Positions 26,465-39,600 of a DNA stretch of 64,000 nucleotides are shown piece by piece. Every line of letters starts with the position of its first letter. Position 1 is the stretch's first letter. A model generated the notes under the pieces. The model was not told the origin of the DNA and did not search any database. It was given only the letters and a program-made list of their open reading frames with translations. Position numbers and translations under genes: made by a program. The stretch comes from Hypanus sabinus (lineage: Eukaryota). The DNA lies in the NCBI RefSeq assembly GCF_030144855.1, contig NC_082736.1, positions 16,740,001 to 16,804,000 of the forward strand, in the 5' to 3' direction.

Positions 26465-27569
26465 TTCTGGTCCAAAAATCGTTTGGACCGTCGGGGTCAC
26501 CAATTGTAGCGGTGTGCTACACGCAGCGCTAAAATTACGACACGGAGTCGGTAACTGCAGTCGAAGGAAAAAACTTTATTCGAAAACTTCAGCCTCACTT
26601 TTAAGCCTCTGTCAACCGGCCCCCCATGGCGCAGAGGCTCCAAAGCTCTGTGCTCGCAAACCCCCGTAGGCTATCTAATTGTGAGTCGGTTCGGATACGC
26701 TAGGAAATGGGTCGCCACAATTCTACTCTTTCAGTCTTCATATATATTTCCTATTGGTAGCTGACCAGAGCTGCACACAGTACTCCAAAACAAACCTCAA
26801 CAATGTCTCATACAACTTCATCGTAACATCCCAACTCCCGTACTCAGCACTCGTTTATAAAGCCAATGTGCCTGAAGCTCTCCTAACACATTGATCCCTC
26901 TGTCCTACCGCATTCCTCACTGCTCTACCATTTACTGTATAGATCCTGGATTTTCCTTCCAAACTACAACCCTCACACTTGTCTCCATGGAATTCCATCT
27001 GCCAATACAAAGATGCAACATAGTTATTTGGCATCTCACCCACATACTTTGGCTTCTGGCAGAAATTCCCTCATTTATGTTCTCGATAGCAAGCATCCGG
27101 TTTTAAAAGTATATGAAAATATCATTGCATTTTGTTAATCTCACTCAAGACATTTCATGTTCCCTTTCTTGGAATATGCAACAAACAAATGAGTACAGTG
27201 CTGGAAAGGCCATTCAGCCCATGATATTGTACTAACCATGATGCCAATTCATACTAAATGCCATCCTTCTGTTTATCATCATATCTCTCCTGTCACTTCA
27301 TATTCACAGGTTCGTCTAAAAGCCTCTTAATCTCCATCAAACTGTCTGCAGCCATTACTATCAAACCTTAAAAGCATGTCCTCTGCTTTTTGGCATCTCT
27401 ACCCTAGAGAAATGATTCTGACTACCCTCTCATGATTTTAAACCCCTCCATTGGGATTCCTCTCAGCTTCTGAGGTCCAAGAGAGAACACAAGTTTGTCC
27501 AAACTTTTCTTAGACCTCCTATACTCTAATCTGGGAAATATCCTGGTGAACATCTTCAGTTCTGCTCTG

Positions 27570-28300
27570 CCCTGAAGACTGCATTGGTGCTGTTTCATAC
27601 ATCCATGCTGAGCTCAAGAATTTCATCAAGTTCGTCTCCAACTTGCACCGTGCCCTTTAATTCAATTGCACATTTCTGACACCTCTCTCAGATTTCCCAA
27701 TACCTCTGTCTCCATCTCTGGAGACAGACTGCCCAGTGAGATCTTTCCATAAACCTACTGATTCTCACGGCTATCTTGACAATCCCTCTTCCAACCCTGT
27801 CTACTGTACAAATGTCGTTCCTTTTATTCATCGCCGCTACATCTGTTCCCAGGGTGAGGCTTTCCTTGCCAGAATATCAGCGGTGTCTTCCTTCTTCAAA
27901 GAACGGGGTTTCCCTTCCTCTCTCATTGCTGCTGCCCTCACCCTCATATACCCCCCACCCCATTTCTCAGACATTTGTCCCTGCCTCATCTTCTCACTGC
28001 AATAACAATGTTACAGTTCCCTTTGTCCTTATGTACCACCTCACGAGTGTTCATATTCAGCACAACATTCCATGTAAAGTCCACCAGCTTCAAAGGGATT
28101 CTAACACTAAACACATGCCTCCACCCCCCACTCTCCACTTTCAGCCGCGATCACTCTCTCCATGATTCCCTCCTTTCATCCCTCTCCACTGATCTCACTG
28201 CTGCTACATCCCTGTAATGGAACATGTGCTACACCTGCCCCTGCATCACCATTCAGAAACCCAAACAGTCCATCCAGGAAAATCAAAACTTCACCTGCAA
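27570..28300 (+). mobile_element. Penelope-like element RT C-terminal remnant
   Basis: HKPTDSHGYLD, RRYICS, SSFFKERGFPSS, CYTCP; same family as 45318-46060. Confidence 0.75.
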
Positions 28301-28424
28301 GCTTGTTGAGATCATCATGCGTAACTGGACAACACACACAAAATGTTGGAGGGATGCAGGCCAGGCAGCATCTATGGAAAAGAGTACAGTCAACATTGCA
28401 GGCCAAGACCCTTCATCAGAACTG

Positions 28425-31061
28425 GAGTTCAGAAGCATGTCAAAACCTGGCCAGCAGGAGCCATCAGTCTCTTCAAGACTTTTTTGAGGAAACTGACTGG
28501 CACATGTTCAGCGAGGCTGCAATCGATGGCGACTCTACCAACTTAGAGGAGTACACAGCATCAGTGACCAGCTACATCAGTAAGTGCATTGATGATGTTA
28601 CTCGCTATACTTGCCAACCAGAATCCATGGATGACCGCGTGCACTGCTGAGGTCCCGCGACTCTGCCTTCAGAGCAGGCGACAAGGCAGCATGAACAACA
28701 GCAAGGGCCAAACTGTCCCGAACCATCTGAGGGGCAAAGTGTGCAAATGCCCAGCTAATCCACAGTTACTTCCAGGAGAGCAGTGACATGCGGCGCATGT
28801 GGAATGGCATCCATGACATCACCTATTACAAGAAAACATCACCTGACTGTGCAGATGATGCCTCCCTCCCAAATGCGCTGAATAAGAACTACACCTGCTT
28901 TGAGGCGGAAAATGACATGGCGGCGAGGAAGTCCACCCCTCCTGCGAATGACCAGGTGCTGTGTCTCCGTGGCCGATGTGAGAAGTACCCTGTGCAGGGT
29001 CAACCCACGGAAGGCGGCTGGACCAGACATCATCCCTGGTAGGGTGCTCAGAGGATGTGCAGACCAGCTGGCAGATATTCTCACTGACATCTTCTACATC
29101 TCCCTGAGCAGCACCACCATTCCAACGTGCTTCAAGGCCCCCACCATCGTCCCCATGCCGAAGAAGTCCTCAGTGTCCTGCCTAAATGACTACCATCCCA
29201 TTGCACTTACATCCATCATCATGAAGTGTTTCAAGAGGCCCGTCATGAGGCATATCAAGACCCTGCTGCCCCCCTCACTGGACTCCCTGCAGTTTGCGTA
29301 CTGTCCCAACTGCTCAACAGATGACGCCATGGCCACCACCCTCAACCTGGCCCTAAAACACCTGGACAAAACAGACACATACGTTCAGATGCTGCTCATA
29401 GACTTTAGTTCAGCATTTAACACAATCATCCCTCAGAAACTGATTGGAAAGCTGAGCCTATTGGGCCTGAACACCTCCCTCTTCAACTGGATCCTAGACT
29501 TCCTGACTGGGAGATCTCAGTCAGTCCGGATCGGGAGCAGCAGCATCTCCAACACCAACTCCAACTGAGCACGGGGGCTTCTCAGAGTTGCATGCTCAGT
29601 CCACTGCTGTTCACTCTGCTGACCTACAACTCTGCTGCAACACACAGCACAAGCCACATCATCAAGTTCGCCGATGAGTCAACCGTGGTGGGTCTCATCA
29701 GCAAGAACGACGAGTCAGCTTACAGAGTGGAGGTGCAGCGACCAACAGACTGGGGCAGAGCCAACAACCTGTCTCTTAATGTGAACAACACAAAAGAGAT
29801 GGTTGTAGACTTCAGGAGGGCACGGAGCGACCACTCCCCGCTGAACTTTGACGGCTCCTCGGTAGAGATCGTAAAGAGCACCAAATTTCTTGGTGTTCAC
29901 CTGACGGAGAAGCTCACCTGGTCCCTCAACACCTGCTCCATAGCAAAGAAAACCCAGCAATGTCTCTAATTTTTGCAAAGGCTGAGGAAAGTCCATTTCC
30001 CACCCCACATCCTCAAAACATTGTACAGGAAGTATTGAGAGTGTCCTGAGCAACTGCATCACTGCCTGGATCGGAAATTGTACAATCTCGGGTTGCAAGA
30101 CCCTGCAGTGTATAGTGAGATCAGCTGAGAAGATCATCGGGGTCTCTCTTCCTGCCATCACCACTACATACTGCATCAGCAAAGGAAACAGCATTATGAA
30201 GGACCCCATGCACCCATCATACAATCTCTTCTCCCTCCTGCGGTCTGACAATAGACAATAGGTGCAGAAGTAGACCGTTCGGCCCCTCGAGTCTGCACCA
30301 CCATTCTGAGATCATGGCTGATCATTCACTATCAATACCCAGTCCCTGCCTTGTCCCCATATTCCTTGATTCCCCTATCCATCAGATATCTATCTAGCTC
30401 CTTCTTGAAAGCATCCAGAGAATTGGCCTCCACCATCTTCTGAGGCAGTGCATTCCACACCTCCACAACTCTCTGGGAGAAGAAGCTCTTCCTCAACTCT
30501 GTTTTAAATAACTGACCTCTTATTCTCAATCCATGCCCTCTGGTACTGGACTCTCCCAACATCTGGAACATATTTCCTGCCTCAATCCTATCAAATCCTT
30601 TAATTATCTTAAACGTTTCAATCAGATCCCCTCTCAATCTCCTCAATTCCAGCGTGTACAAGCCCAATCTCTCCAATCTCTCTGCGTAAGACAGCTCTGC
30701 CATCCCAGGAATCAGTCTGGGAAAAGGCTACAAAGCATTCGGGCTCTTACAACCAGACTATATAAGTTTCTTCCCCCAAGCTATCAGACTCCTCAATACC
30801 CAAAGCCTGGACTGACTCCTTGCCCTACTGTCCTGTTTATTATTTATTGTAATGGTGGTACTATTTTTGTGCACTTTATGCAGTCCAGTGTAGGTCTGTT
30901 CTCCAGTATAGCTTTCTCTGTGTTTTTGTATTACATAGTTCAGTCTAGTTTTTGTACTGTGTCATGTAAACCATGGTCCTGGAAAATGTTGCCTCATTTT
31001 TACTATGCACTTTACCAGTAGTTATGGTCGAAATGACAATAAATGTTGACGACTTGACTTG
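28425..31061 (+). mobile_element. Rex-Babar-type LINE (5'-truncated RT), nested inside a Penelope terminus
   Basis: [43 protein letters not shown]; GACTT tail at about 31048-31061; flanks 28330-28424 and 31062-31450 join into the PLE end seen intact at 44940-45450. Confidence 0.85.
30248..30714 (-). mobile_element. Young CR1 3' fragment with (CTATTGT)n tail inserted in the Rex LINE
   Basis: Open ORF2 tail 30332-30703; apparent TSD GTCTG (30243-30247, 30715-30719); highly similar to 37590-38262 and 44421-44706. Confidence 0.88.
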
Positions 31062-32309
31062 CGAAAAAAAAGATGAGTAATTAGAGTTAGAATGTGAAGG
31101 GGTGGGGGAAGAACCACAAGGTGATGGGTGAAACTGTGAGTGAACTAAAGTGCTGGGACGTTGATTGGTGAAAGAGATACAGGGCTAGAGAGGGGGAATC
31201 TAGAAGGAGAGGACAGAAAGCCATGGAAGAAAGAAAACAGGGATGAACACCAGATGGAGCTGATGGGCAGGTAGGAAGATAATGTGAGATAGAAAAGGGA
31301 ATGGTGAAGGAGGCATGGGGCATTAGCAGAAGTTCGAGATATTGAAGTTCATGTCATCAAGTTTTAGGCTACACTTACAGAATATGAGGTGTTGCTCCTT
31401 CAAACTGAGTGTGGCCTCATCGCAACAGTGGAGGAGGCCATGGATTGACATGTCAATTGATTGTATCCAGTGCTCACTGTTTGGCCTCCTCCACTCTTGA
31501 CAATGAATTCCACAGATTCATGACCCTCTGGTTAAAGGAATGTTCTCTCATTTCTTTTCGGAAGAGACATCCATCTGTTCCGAGTGTGTGCCATCTGGTG
31601 CTGGACTAACCCACTACAGGAACCATCCTCTCCACGTTCACTCAATTGGTTAGAATGTGAATCTCTCCTCATTCTTCTAAACTCCAGCAAGTACAGGCCC
31701 AGAGCCAAAAAGTACTCCTCACATGTTAATCTTTTCATTCCCGATCGTTCTCGTGAAACTGCTCTCGAGTCTTTCCAATGCAAACACATCTTTACTTGGA
31801 TAAAGGGCCCAGCATTGCTCATAGTACTCCTTGTGGACTGACAAATGTCTTACCAAGCCTCCTCTTGGTTTTTAAATTTGAGGTACATAAGTTCAGCAGG
31901 GTTATTGTTAGGATGAATGGAAACATTTTTAGCACAGAGGAATCAGAGCTGGAGGGCATAGACTTAAGGTGAGTGGGGAAAGAATTAAAACATGAAGGAC
32001 ACACATTTTCACTCTGAGGGTGGTGGGGATATGGAACAAGCAGACAGTGGAATTGGTTGAGGCTTGAACAGTGACAGAATGTAAAACGACACGCGGACAG
32101 GTATGTGAATAGTGATGGTGAGAGGGATGTGGGACAAAGGAGGTCGAATGGGGCCAGTTTTGAAGATCTTGGTCATCATGGACGAGTGGGCTGCAAATTT
32201 TCACATTTCTGAGAAAAAAGTAACTAATTTTCTGTCTAATATTTTGCTGATTTTAATGTAACCTTCTCACTCATTTGTAATTTCTATTCCCCTTCCACCG
32301 TCAGGTTTT

Positions 32310-33260
32310 AGGTTTGCAGATGACACCACTGTTGCTGAATGAATTAAAGGTGGTGACAAGTTTGCCATCAGGAGGGAGATGGAGGATTTGTTTGAATGGA
32401 GCCAAAACTACAAGCTCTCACTCAACATCAGCAAAACTAAAGAGTTGATTATTCTCTGCAAGATGAAGAAACAGTGACACGGGAGGAAGAAACAGGAGGG
32501 CCATGAGCCAGTAATCATCAGGGTATTGGAGTGGAGAGTCAGTAACTATAAATTCCTTGTGATTATCATTTCAGAGGATCTGTCCTGGGACGGAGAGTAA
32601 GTGCCACTATAAAGAAGGTGCGGCAGTGACTCTACTTAGAAGAATGTTTATAATCGACCTGACATCTAAAACTTTGACATAATTTATTTGGATGCACGGT
32701 GGACAGTATCCTGACTGGTTGCAGCACGGCCTGATAAGGAAACACTAAAACCCAGGAACAGAAAATGCCTACATAAAATAGTGGATACAGCCCAGTTCAT
32801 CACAGGCAAAGCCCTCCCATCATTGAGTTCATTTTCAAGGTGTGCTGCTACTGGAAAGCAGCATCCATCATCAAGGGCAGCCTTCCTCTACTCCATGCTC
32901 TCATCTCGCTGCTGCCATTGGGAAGGACGTACAGGAGCCTTAAGTCCCGCACCACCATCTTCAGGAAGAGTTATTACCCTTAAGAGTTATTGGTCCTGCT
33001 GTTGAAACAGCGTGGATAACTTCACTGAACTGATTCCATAAACTACAGAGACACTTTCAAGTATTCTGCAACTCATGTTCTCAGTATTATTTTTTATTAT
33101 TTGCAAGATTTGTTTATTTGGCACATTTGTTGTCTGTCAGTCTTTACTGTTCATAGTTTACATAAATTCCATTGTATTCTTTTTCCTGTTTATCCCTGAA
33201 AGGAAATGAATATGAAGGTAGTATATGGTGACGTATACATACATTGATAATCACTTACTT
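32310..33260 (+). mobile_element. Degenerate Rex-Babar-type LINE 3' fragment
   Basis: FADDTT (tttgcagatgacacc), LNISKTKELI, AQFITGKALP relics. Confidence 0.65.
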
Positions 33261-33479
33261 TGAGTGTGACAAGTGTTTGTTGGTTTCTCCTCACACAAAA
33301 ATATGGAAAATACAAATATCAAGTATTTACAAGACCGTGGAGCATCAAATACTGCAGATTTTCTCGTGTAGGCGTCAAATTAAAATGTGATTATTACAGT
33401 CTAGAACACAGTCAATTCCCGTGGGATGGGGGGTGGGTGTGTGTCACCATTCCTGGATATTCCCCACTGTACTAATACC

Positions 33480-33745
33480 ATTTACAATGTTCGCAAGTTT
33501 CCTGATTGACAGCTCGCTCGCACTGAATTACGGTCACGTGACATACGTGTGGCCGACCTGTTGCGCGCTGACGTCAGAGAGGGCCTTCCTTCAGCGACGT
33601 CGTTTCCTGGGAAACGATCAGGGACGGTGGGTCTGCGATGAAGCGGATTTGGTCTCCATTGTGGGAATCGGCCTCTCCTCTTCTTGCCCACGGAACAGTG
33701 AGTGTCTGTCAACGCCTCACCGCACCCGCTCTCTGCCTCAGGTAC
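33480..33745. promoter_or_regulatory. Orphan CpG-rich promoter-like element
   Basis: Local CpG enrichment; TGATTGACAG 33503-33512, GTCACGTGAC 33533-33542, TGACGTCA 33569-33576. Confidence 0.6.
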
Positions 33746-36659
33746 AATATTATTGGAAAGGTTGAGAGGGACACAGGCCTAATGCAGGCGGATGGGACGA
33801 GTTGGGCGACAACTTGGTCGGCGTGGATGAGTTTTACCGAAGGGACGGTTTCAGTTCTGCATAAGTCACTGACTCTATTTTGCGAGGTTAAACCAGAGCA
33901 GGATGTACACAGCGAACGACAGGTTCCTGGTGAGTTTTAATGAATAGAGACTTAGTCCCCCTGAAGTTCTCTGTTCCAGGTTCTGTCTCCACTAATTCAG
34001 CACTTGGTCCGTCTCCTACCCTGCCCTGGTGATTCAAATACTCATTCAGATGGTCCTAAATACCAGCCTGCACCACCTCCACAGGCAGTGTGTTCCCTTC
34101 TGGGGAGAGAGGAAGGTTTTCCTCAGATCCAATTTAATCACACACACACCTCTCCTTAAACTTATTGTACACAAGTAATACTCCTCTGCATTAAATTCCA
34201 CCTGCCACTTTCAGCCCATTTTTCCAGCTGGTCCGAATCCCACATCAAGATTTGCTAGCCTTCCTTGCTGTCACCTGCATCCCTAATCTTGGTGTCATCT
34301 GCAAACATACTGATCTAGTTTACCTCATTAATACAGATGGAAAACGACAATGGACCCAGCACCGGGAAGGTCAACCAGGGCAGGATGAACACAGTAATGA
34401 CAGGTTGCTGGGAAGAGTTCATCAACAGAGACTTTGTGTGTTTCTGCCTCCATCACCTCCTCTGGTAGCTCATTTGGGATACCAGCTATTCTGTGTGTGA
34501 AATGTTTACCTGCCAATCCCCTTTAAACCTCCATCCTCTCATCTTAAAACTACTCCCTTTCGTTTTAGACACCCATGCCAAGGGAAACAGTCCGTGTCTC
34601 TCTAACATCTGTATGACTCGGATAATTTTATCTGCCTCCATCTCCTCACCCTTCAGCTCCTCTTAACACCTCCTCTCTGTTACTTTAAAAATAATCCCTC
34701 CAGTTTTAGGAAGGAGAAAGCTGTTTCTTCCATAGAAGACCTTGGGAGTGAGGTTTTCTCTCCACCCATCCCCAGCAGATGTCCCTTTGTTCCATGAAAC
34801 AGGATCTCTGTCCCCTGCACCAGCTCTTCAGTGACACATTCATCAGTGGTATCATTCTATATCTCCCTGCACTGACATGTGTCACTGGGAGATGCAATCT
34901 GCAATCTGCAGATTCTGCTTTTTATTTTCTGTCTTATTTCTGTAAATTATCTGCACAGGACCACATTCCCCCCTTCTCCCTATGTTGTTAGTACCAACAT
35001 GCACCGTTTCCCATGATGTCCGGCTGATCAACCTTCCCTTTGAAATGTTCTGCAGCTGCGCCCGGACCATCGGAGCAGCTGGAATAGGCCATTTGGCCCA
35101 TACAGTCTGCTGGGAATAAGTGATCATGACAGATCTCATATCCCACTCAACCCCATTCTTTTCCCTTTTGTCCATAACTCCACAAACAAGAACTTCTGCC
35201 TTCAATATATCCAATGGCTTGTCCATATCTGTCTGGCAATGAATTCCACAGATGTACTACCCTTTACTAAAGTAATTTCTTATCTCTGTTCTAAAGCGGT
35301 GTAATAGTATTCTGAGGCTGAGCCCTTTGCCTCTAGGCTCTCCCATATAAAAAAAAATCCTCCCCATATCCACTCTATCTAGGCCTTTCAGTATTCAAGT
35401 GGTTTCAATGAGATGACCCCTCATTCTTCTAAACTCCGTTGAATCCAGGCTCAGAGCTGTTAAACAGTGCAAATGCATTAACCCTTTCATTGCTGGGATC
35501 ATTCTTGTGAATCTCCTCTGGATCCTCTCCTGTGCTGGCACATCCTTTTTTTTGATAAGGAACCTAAAACTGCTCACAATACTCCAAATGTGATAGGACC
35601 AATGCCTTATCAATCCTCAGCTTCTGTGTAATATAATCATTCTGAATAATCATCCTTGCTTCTGTCTAGTCGTCCTCTCAAAATGAATGCTAACACTGCA
35701 TTTGGCTTCCTTACCGCCAACGCAACCACCATATTTATCTTTAGGAAATCCTGCACATCTGAGATGTCCCTGACTGTGATACCCAGGAGGCGACACACTA
35801 CCCTGCTATCTCCCTTGCTGCCACAGAAGCTCCTGCTCATCTCCTGTACTGTGAGTCTGCTGTCATCACTGCTCTGCTTGACCTTTCCTTTCGCGGAGCA
35901 TCGGTCTGGCGTCTCAGTATCACTGACCTGATGGACTGCTCTCTCTGGTTTGTCATCCTTCCAGGGGTATCCAAAGGAGTGTATTTGTTGCTGAAGGTCA
36001 CGGCCACAGGGAGACATTACTCTGCCTGTCTCTTCCCCTTTCCATCGTGGTGGTCACACAGCAATCTGCAGCCTGACCTCAGGTGTGACCAACTCACTGA
36101 ATCCTGGTTGATCTTGGGTCCATCCGTCTCCAGCTCCATTTCCTTCTCATGGGCAGTCACATTTTGAATATATTCTACCAAATTTCCATGAGTCCATGTG
36201 CCTTCAAGCTGTCGCACATCTAATAGTTCCATAAACTTCAACAAGGTCTTCGTCAACCTCCTTCACTGCAGTCCCAGCCCATTCAGTCTTTGCTTGTAAC
36301 TCAAGCCCCCAGCTCAGGCGATATTCCTGTGATTATTTTCCTGCAGCTTTCCAGCTTAATGACATACTTCCTACAGTACGGTGACCAAATCGGCACAGGG
36401 TCCTGTTGCTGTGACCTAATAATGAATTTTAAGACTGTAATGTGATGTCCCAACTCCTCTCAGTGCCTTAGAGAATAAATGTAAGCATGTTGTTCACCTT
36501 CTTCAACACTGTCTACCTGTGTTGCCACTTTCAGGGAACTATATACCTGTATTCCAAAGTTCCCCTGTTCATTCAGACTCCTCAGGACCTCTGCCATTCA
36601 CTGTGTATGTCCAGACCTGCTTTAACCTCCCCAAATGCATCACTGTGCACAATAGAGTA

Positions 36660-39600
36660 AAGAGAATCACAGGGGTATGAGAGAGGAGCTGACCAAAATT
36701 GATCTGAAAAGAACACAGGCAAGTATGGCGGCAGAGCAGCAATGGCTGGAATTTGTGAAAGCAATTCGGAAGGTGTGGGATATATACATCACAAAGAAGA
36801 AGAAGTATTCCAATGTCAAGATGACACAAACGTGGCTAACAAGAGAAGTCAAAGCCAACATAAAAGTCAGAGAGAGGGCATATGGTAGAGTAAAAATCAG
36901 TGGGACATTTCAGGATTCAGAAGCTTTTCAAAGCCAACATCAGGCAGCTGAAGTCATTAAGAAAGAACATATGGAATACAAAGGTAAAGAGAGGCGAGAG
37001 TACATTTTGGACCATTAAAAACTATGCTGGAGTGGCAGTAATGGTGGAAAAATTGATTAAGTATTTTGCATCAGTCTTTGTTGTTGAAGACACTTGTAGT
37101 GTGCTAGGGTAGGAACTGTGTGAAGTTGTCAGTACTAGGGAGAATGTTGTTTGGAAATTCAAAGGTCTGAGAGTAGATACATCACCTGGACTAGATGGTC
37201 TGGGCCCTGGGATTCTAAGAGAGGTGCTTGACAAGATTGTGGACGCATTATTAATGATGTTTAAAGAATCAATTGACATTGACGGCATGGTTCCAGAGGA
37301 ACGGAAAATTGCAAATATCGCTCCAAGAAGGAAGAGCGTCAGAAGAAAGAAAATTATAGGGCAGTTAATCTGACCAGGGTGGTTGGGAAGATGTTAGAGG
37401 CAATTATTAAGGATATGGTTTTGAATACTTGGGCCATAGTCAGCATGGTTTCCTCAAGGGAAAATCTTGCCTGACAAATCTGTTGAAATTCTTTGAAGAA
37501 CTAACAAGCAAGACAAAGGAATATTGGTGGATGTTGTGTACTTTGGATTTTCAGAAGGCCTTTGACAAGGCCTTTGACACATGAGGCTGCTGAGCAAGTG
37601 CAGCAGGCAGTGAAGGCTAATGGAATGTTGGCCTTTATTACAAAGGGAATTGAGTACAAGAGCAAGAAAATCCTTTTGCATTTGTACAGGGCCCTGATAA
37701 GACAACACCTGGAGTATTGTGTACAGTTTTGGTCTCCAGGGTTAAGAAAGGACATCCTGGCTGTAGAGGAAGTGCAGCGTAGATTCACTAGGTTAATTCC
37801 TGGGATGTCTGGCCTGTCTTACACAGAGAGGTTAGAGAGACTGGGCTTGTACACGCTGGAATTAAGGAGATTGAGAGGAGATCTGATTGCAACATATAAG
37901 ATTATTAAGGGATTGGACAAGATAGAGGCAGGAAATATGTTACAGATGCTGGGAGAGTCCAGTACCAGAGGGCATGGTTTAAGAATAAGGGGTAGGTCAT
38001 TTAGGACAGAGTTAAGGAAAAACTTCTTTTCCCAGAGAGTTGTGGGGGTGTGGAATGCACTGCCTCAGAAGGCAGTGGGGGCCAATTCTCTGGATGCTTT
38101 CAAGAAGGAGCTGGATAGGTATCTTATGGATAGGGGAATCAAGGGATATGGGGACAAGGCAGGAACCAGGTATTGATAGTAGATGATCAGCCATGATCTC
38201 AGAATGGTGGTGCAGGCTCAAAGAGCCGAATGGTCTACTTCTGCACCTATTGTCTATTGTCTATAAACAAGTTACCAGCCAGAGATACCATGGGAAATAT
38301 CTTAGCATGGATAAAGCAGAAGCCAATTGGCAGGAGGCAAAGAGTGGGAACAAAAGGAGCCTTTTCCAGTTTGTTGCCAGTAATTAGTCATGCTCTGCCC
38401 AGGGGTCTGTGTTGGGACGGCTTATTTTTATCAGATATAGGAGCAGAATTAGGCTATTTGGCCCATTGAGTCTGCCCCATCACTTCATCAAGGCTGATTC
38501 AATTGTCCTCTCCTGCCTTCTCCCTGTAACCCTTCAGGCCCTGACCAGTTCAGGATCTATCAACATGTCATGTCATCAACATGATGATGGAAAGTTTGCA
38601 GAGAGGCAGCAGTTTTGATTCAGTAGAAAGGCTAGAAAGGGACTCAGACAGATTAGGCAAAGAAGTGGCAGATGGAATACAGTGTCGCTTAAGTTTATGG
38701 TTGTGCACTATAGTAGAAGAAATAAAGGTGTGGACTATTTTCCAAATGGAGTGAAAATTCAAAAATCTGAGGTGCAAGTGGACTTAGGAGACCTCATTCA
38801 GGATTCCCCAAAAGTTAATTTGCAGGTCGAGTGGGTGAGGAAAGCAAATGCGATGTTAGCATTCATTTTGAGTTGACAAAATCAAGGGGAAATGTTGAGG
38901 TTTTATTAGGCACGAGTGAGGCACATTTGGAGTAAGTGAAGAGTATTTTGGACCCTTTGTCTTTGAAAGGATGTGCTGATGTTGGAGAGGGTTCAAAGGG
39001 GGTTCACAAAAGTGATTCCAGGATTGAAAGGCTTGACATATGAAGACCATTTGAAAGCTCAGGGCCTTTATGCACTGGAATTCGAAGAATGAGGGATGAC
39101 TTCATTGAAACCTATTGAATTTTGAAAGGTCTGGATGTGGAGAGGAAGTTTCCTAAAGTGGGGGAGTCTTAAGAACTGAGGGCAGTCTTTTTGGAAAGGG
39201 GATGAGCAGCAGCTTCTTCAACCAAAGAATGGTGAATCTGTGGAACAAAACACAAAATTCTGGAGCAATTCAGCAGGTCAGGCAGCATCTATGGAAAACA
39301 AAACAGTCAACATTTTGAGCCAAGACTTTTCAATAGGACTGGAGGGGAAAAAAGTATATTAAAAGATGGGGGGATGGGAATCTATGGAATTCCTTGCCAC
39401 AGGAGGCTATGGAGGTCAAGTCATTGGGTATTTTTAAGGCAGAGGTTGATAGATTCTTGTTTAGTCAGCACATGAAGGGATACGAGGAGAAGGCAGGAGA
39501 TTGGGGCTAAGAGGCAAAATGGATCAGCTATGATGATATTGCAGATCAGACTCGATGGGCCAAATGGCCTAATTCTGCTCCTCTATCTTATGGTCTGACA
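36660..39600 (+). mobile_element. Old CR1 ORF2 remnant with nested insertions
   Basis: KYFASVF, SPGLDG, QHGFLKGKSCLTNL and DFQKAFDK relics continuing after 38262. Confidence 0.75.
37590..38262 (+). mobile_element. Young CR1 3' fragment with (CTATTGT)n tail
   Basis: Open ORF 37562-38176 (KANGMLAFI..HLEYCVQFWSP..KGYGDKAG); tail CTATTGTCTATTGTCTAT. Confidence 0.88.

Larger units (their letters stand above)
22534..26719 (-). mobile_element. Young Ty3/Gypsy LTR retrotransposon, CsRn1-like clade
   Basis: 215-bp TG..CA LTRs at 22534-22748 and 26505-26719 (3 differences seen); TSD ATTC; PBS TGGTGACCCCGACG (tRNA-Trp); G-run PPT at about 22752-22764; CX2HX9CX3C gag motif; inserted into a CR1 relic. 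Confidence 0.96.
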
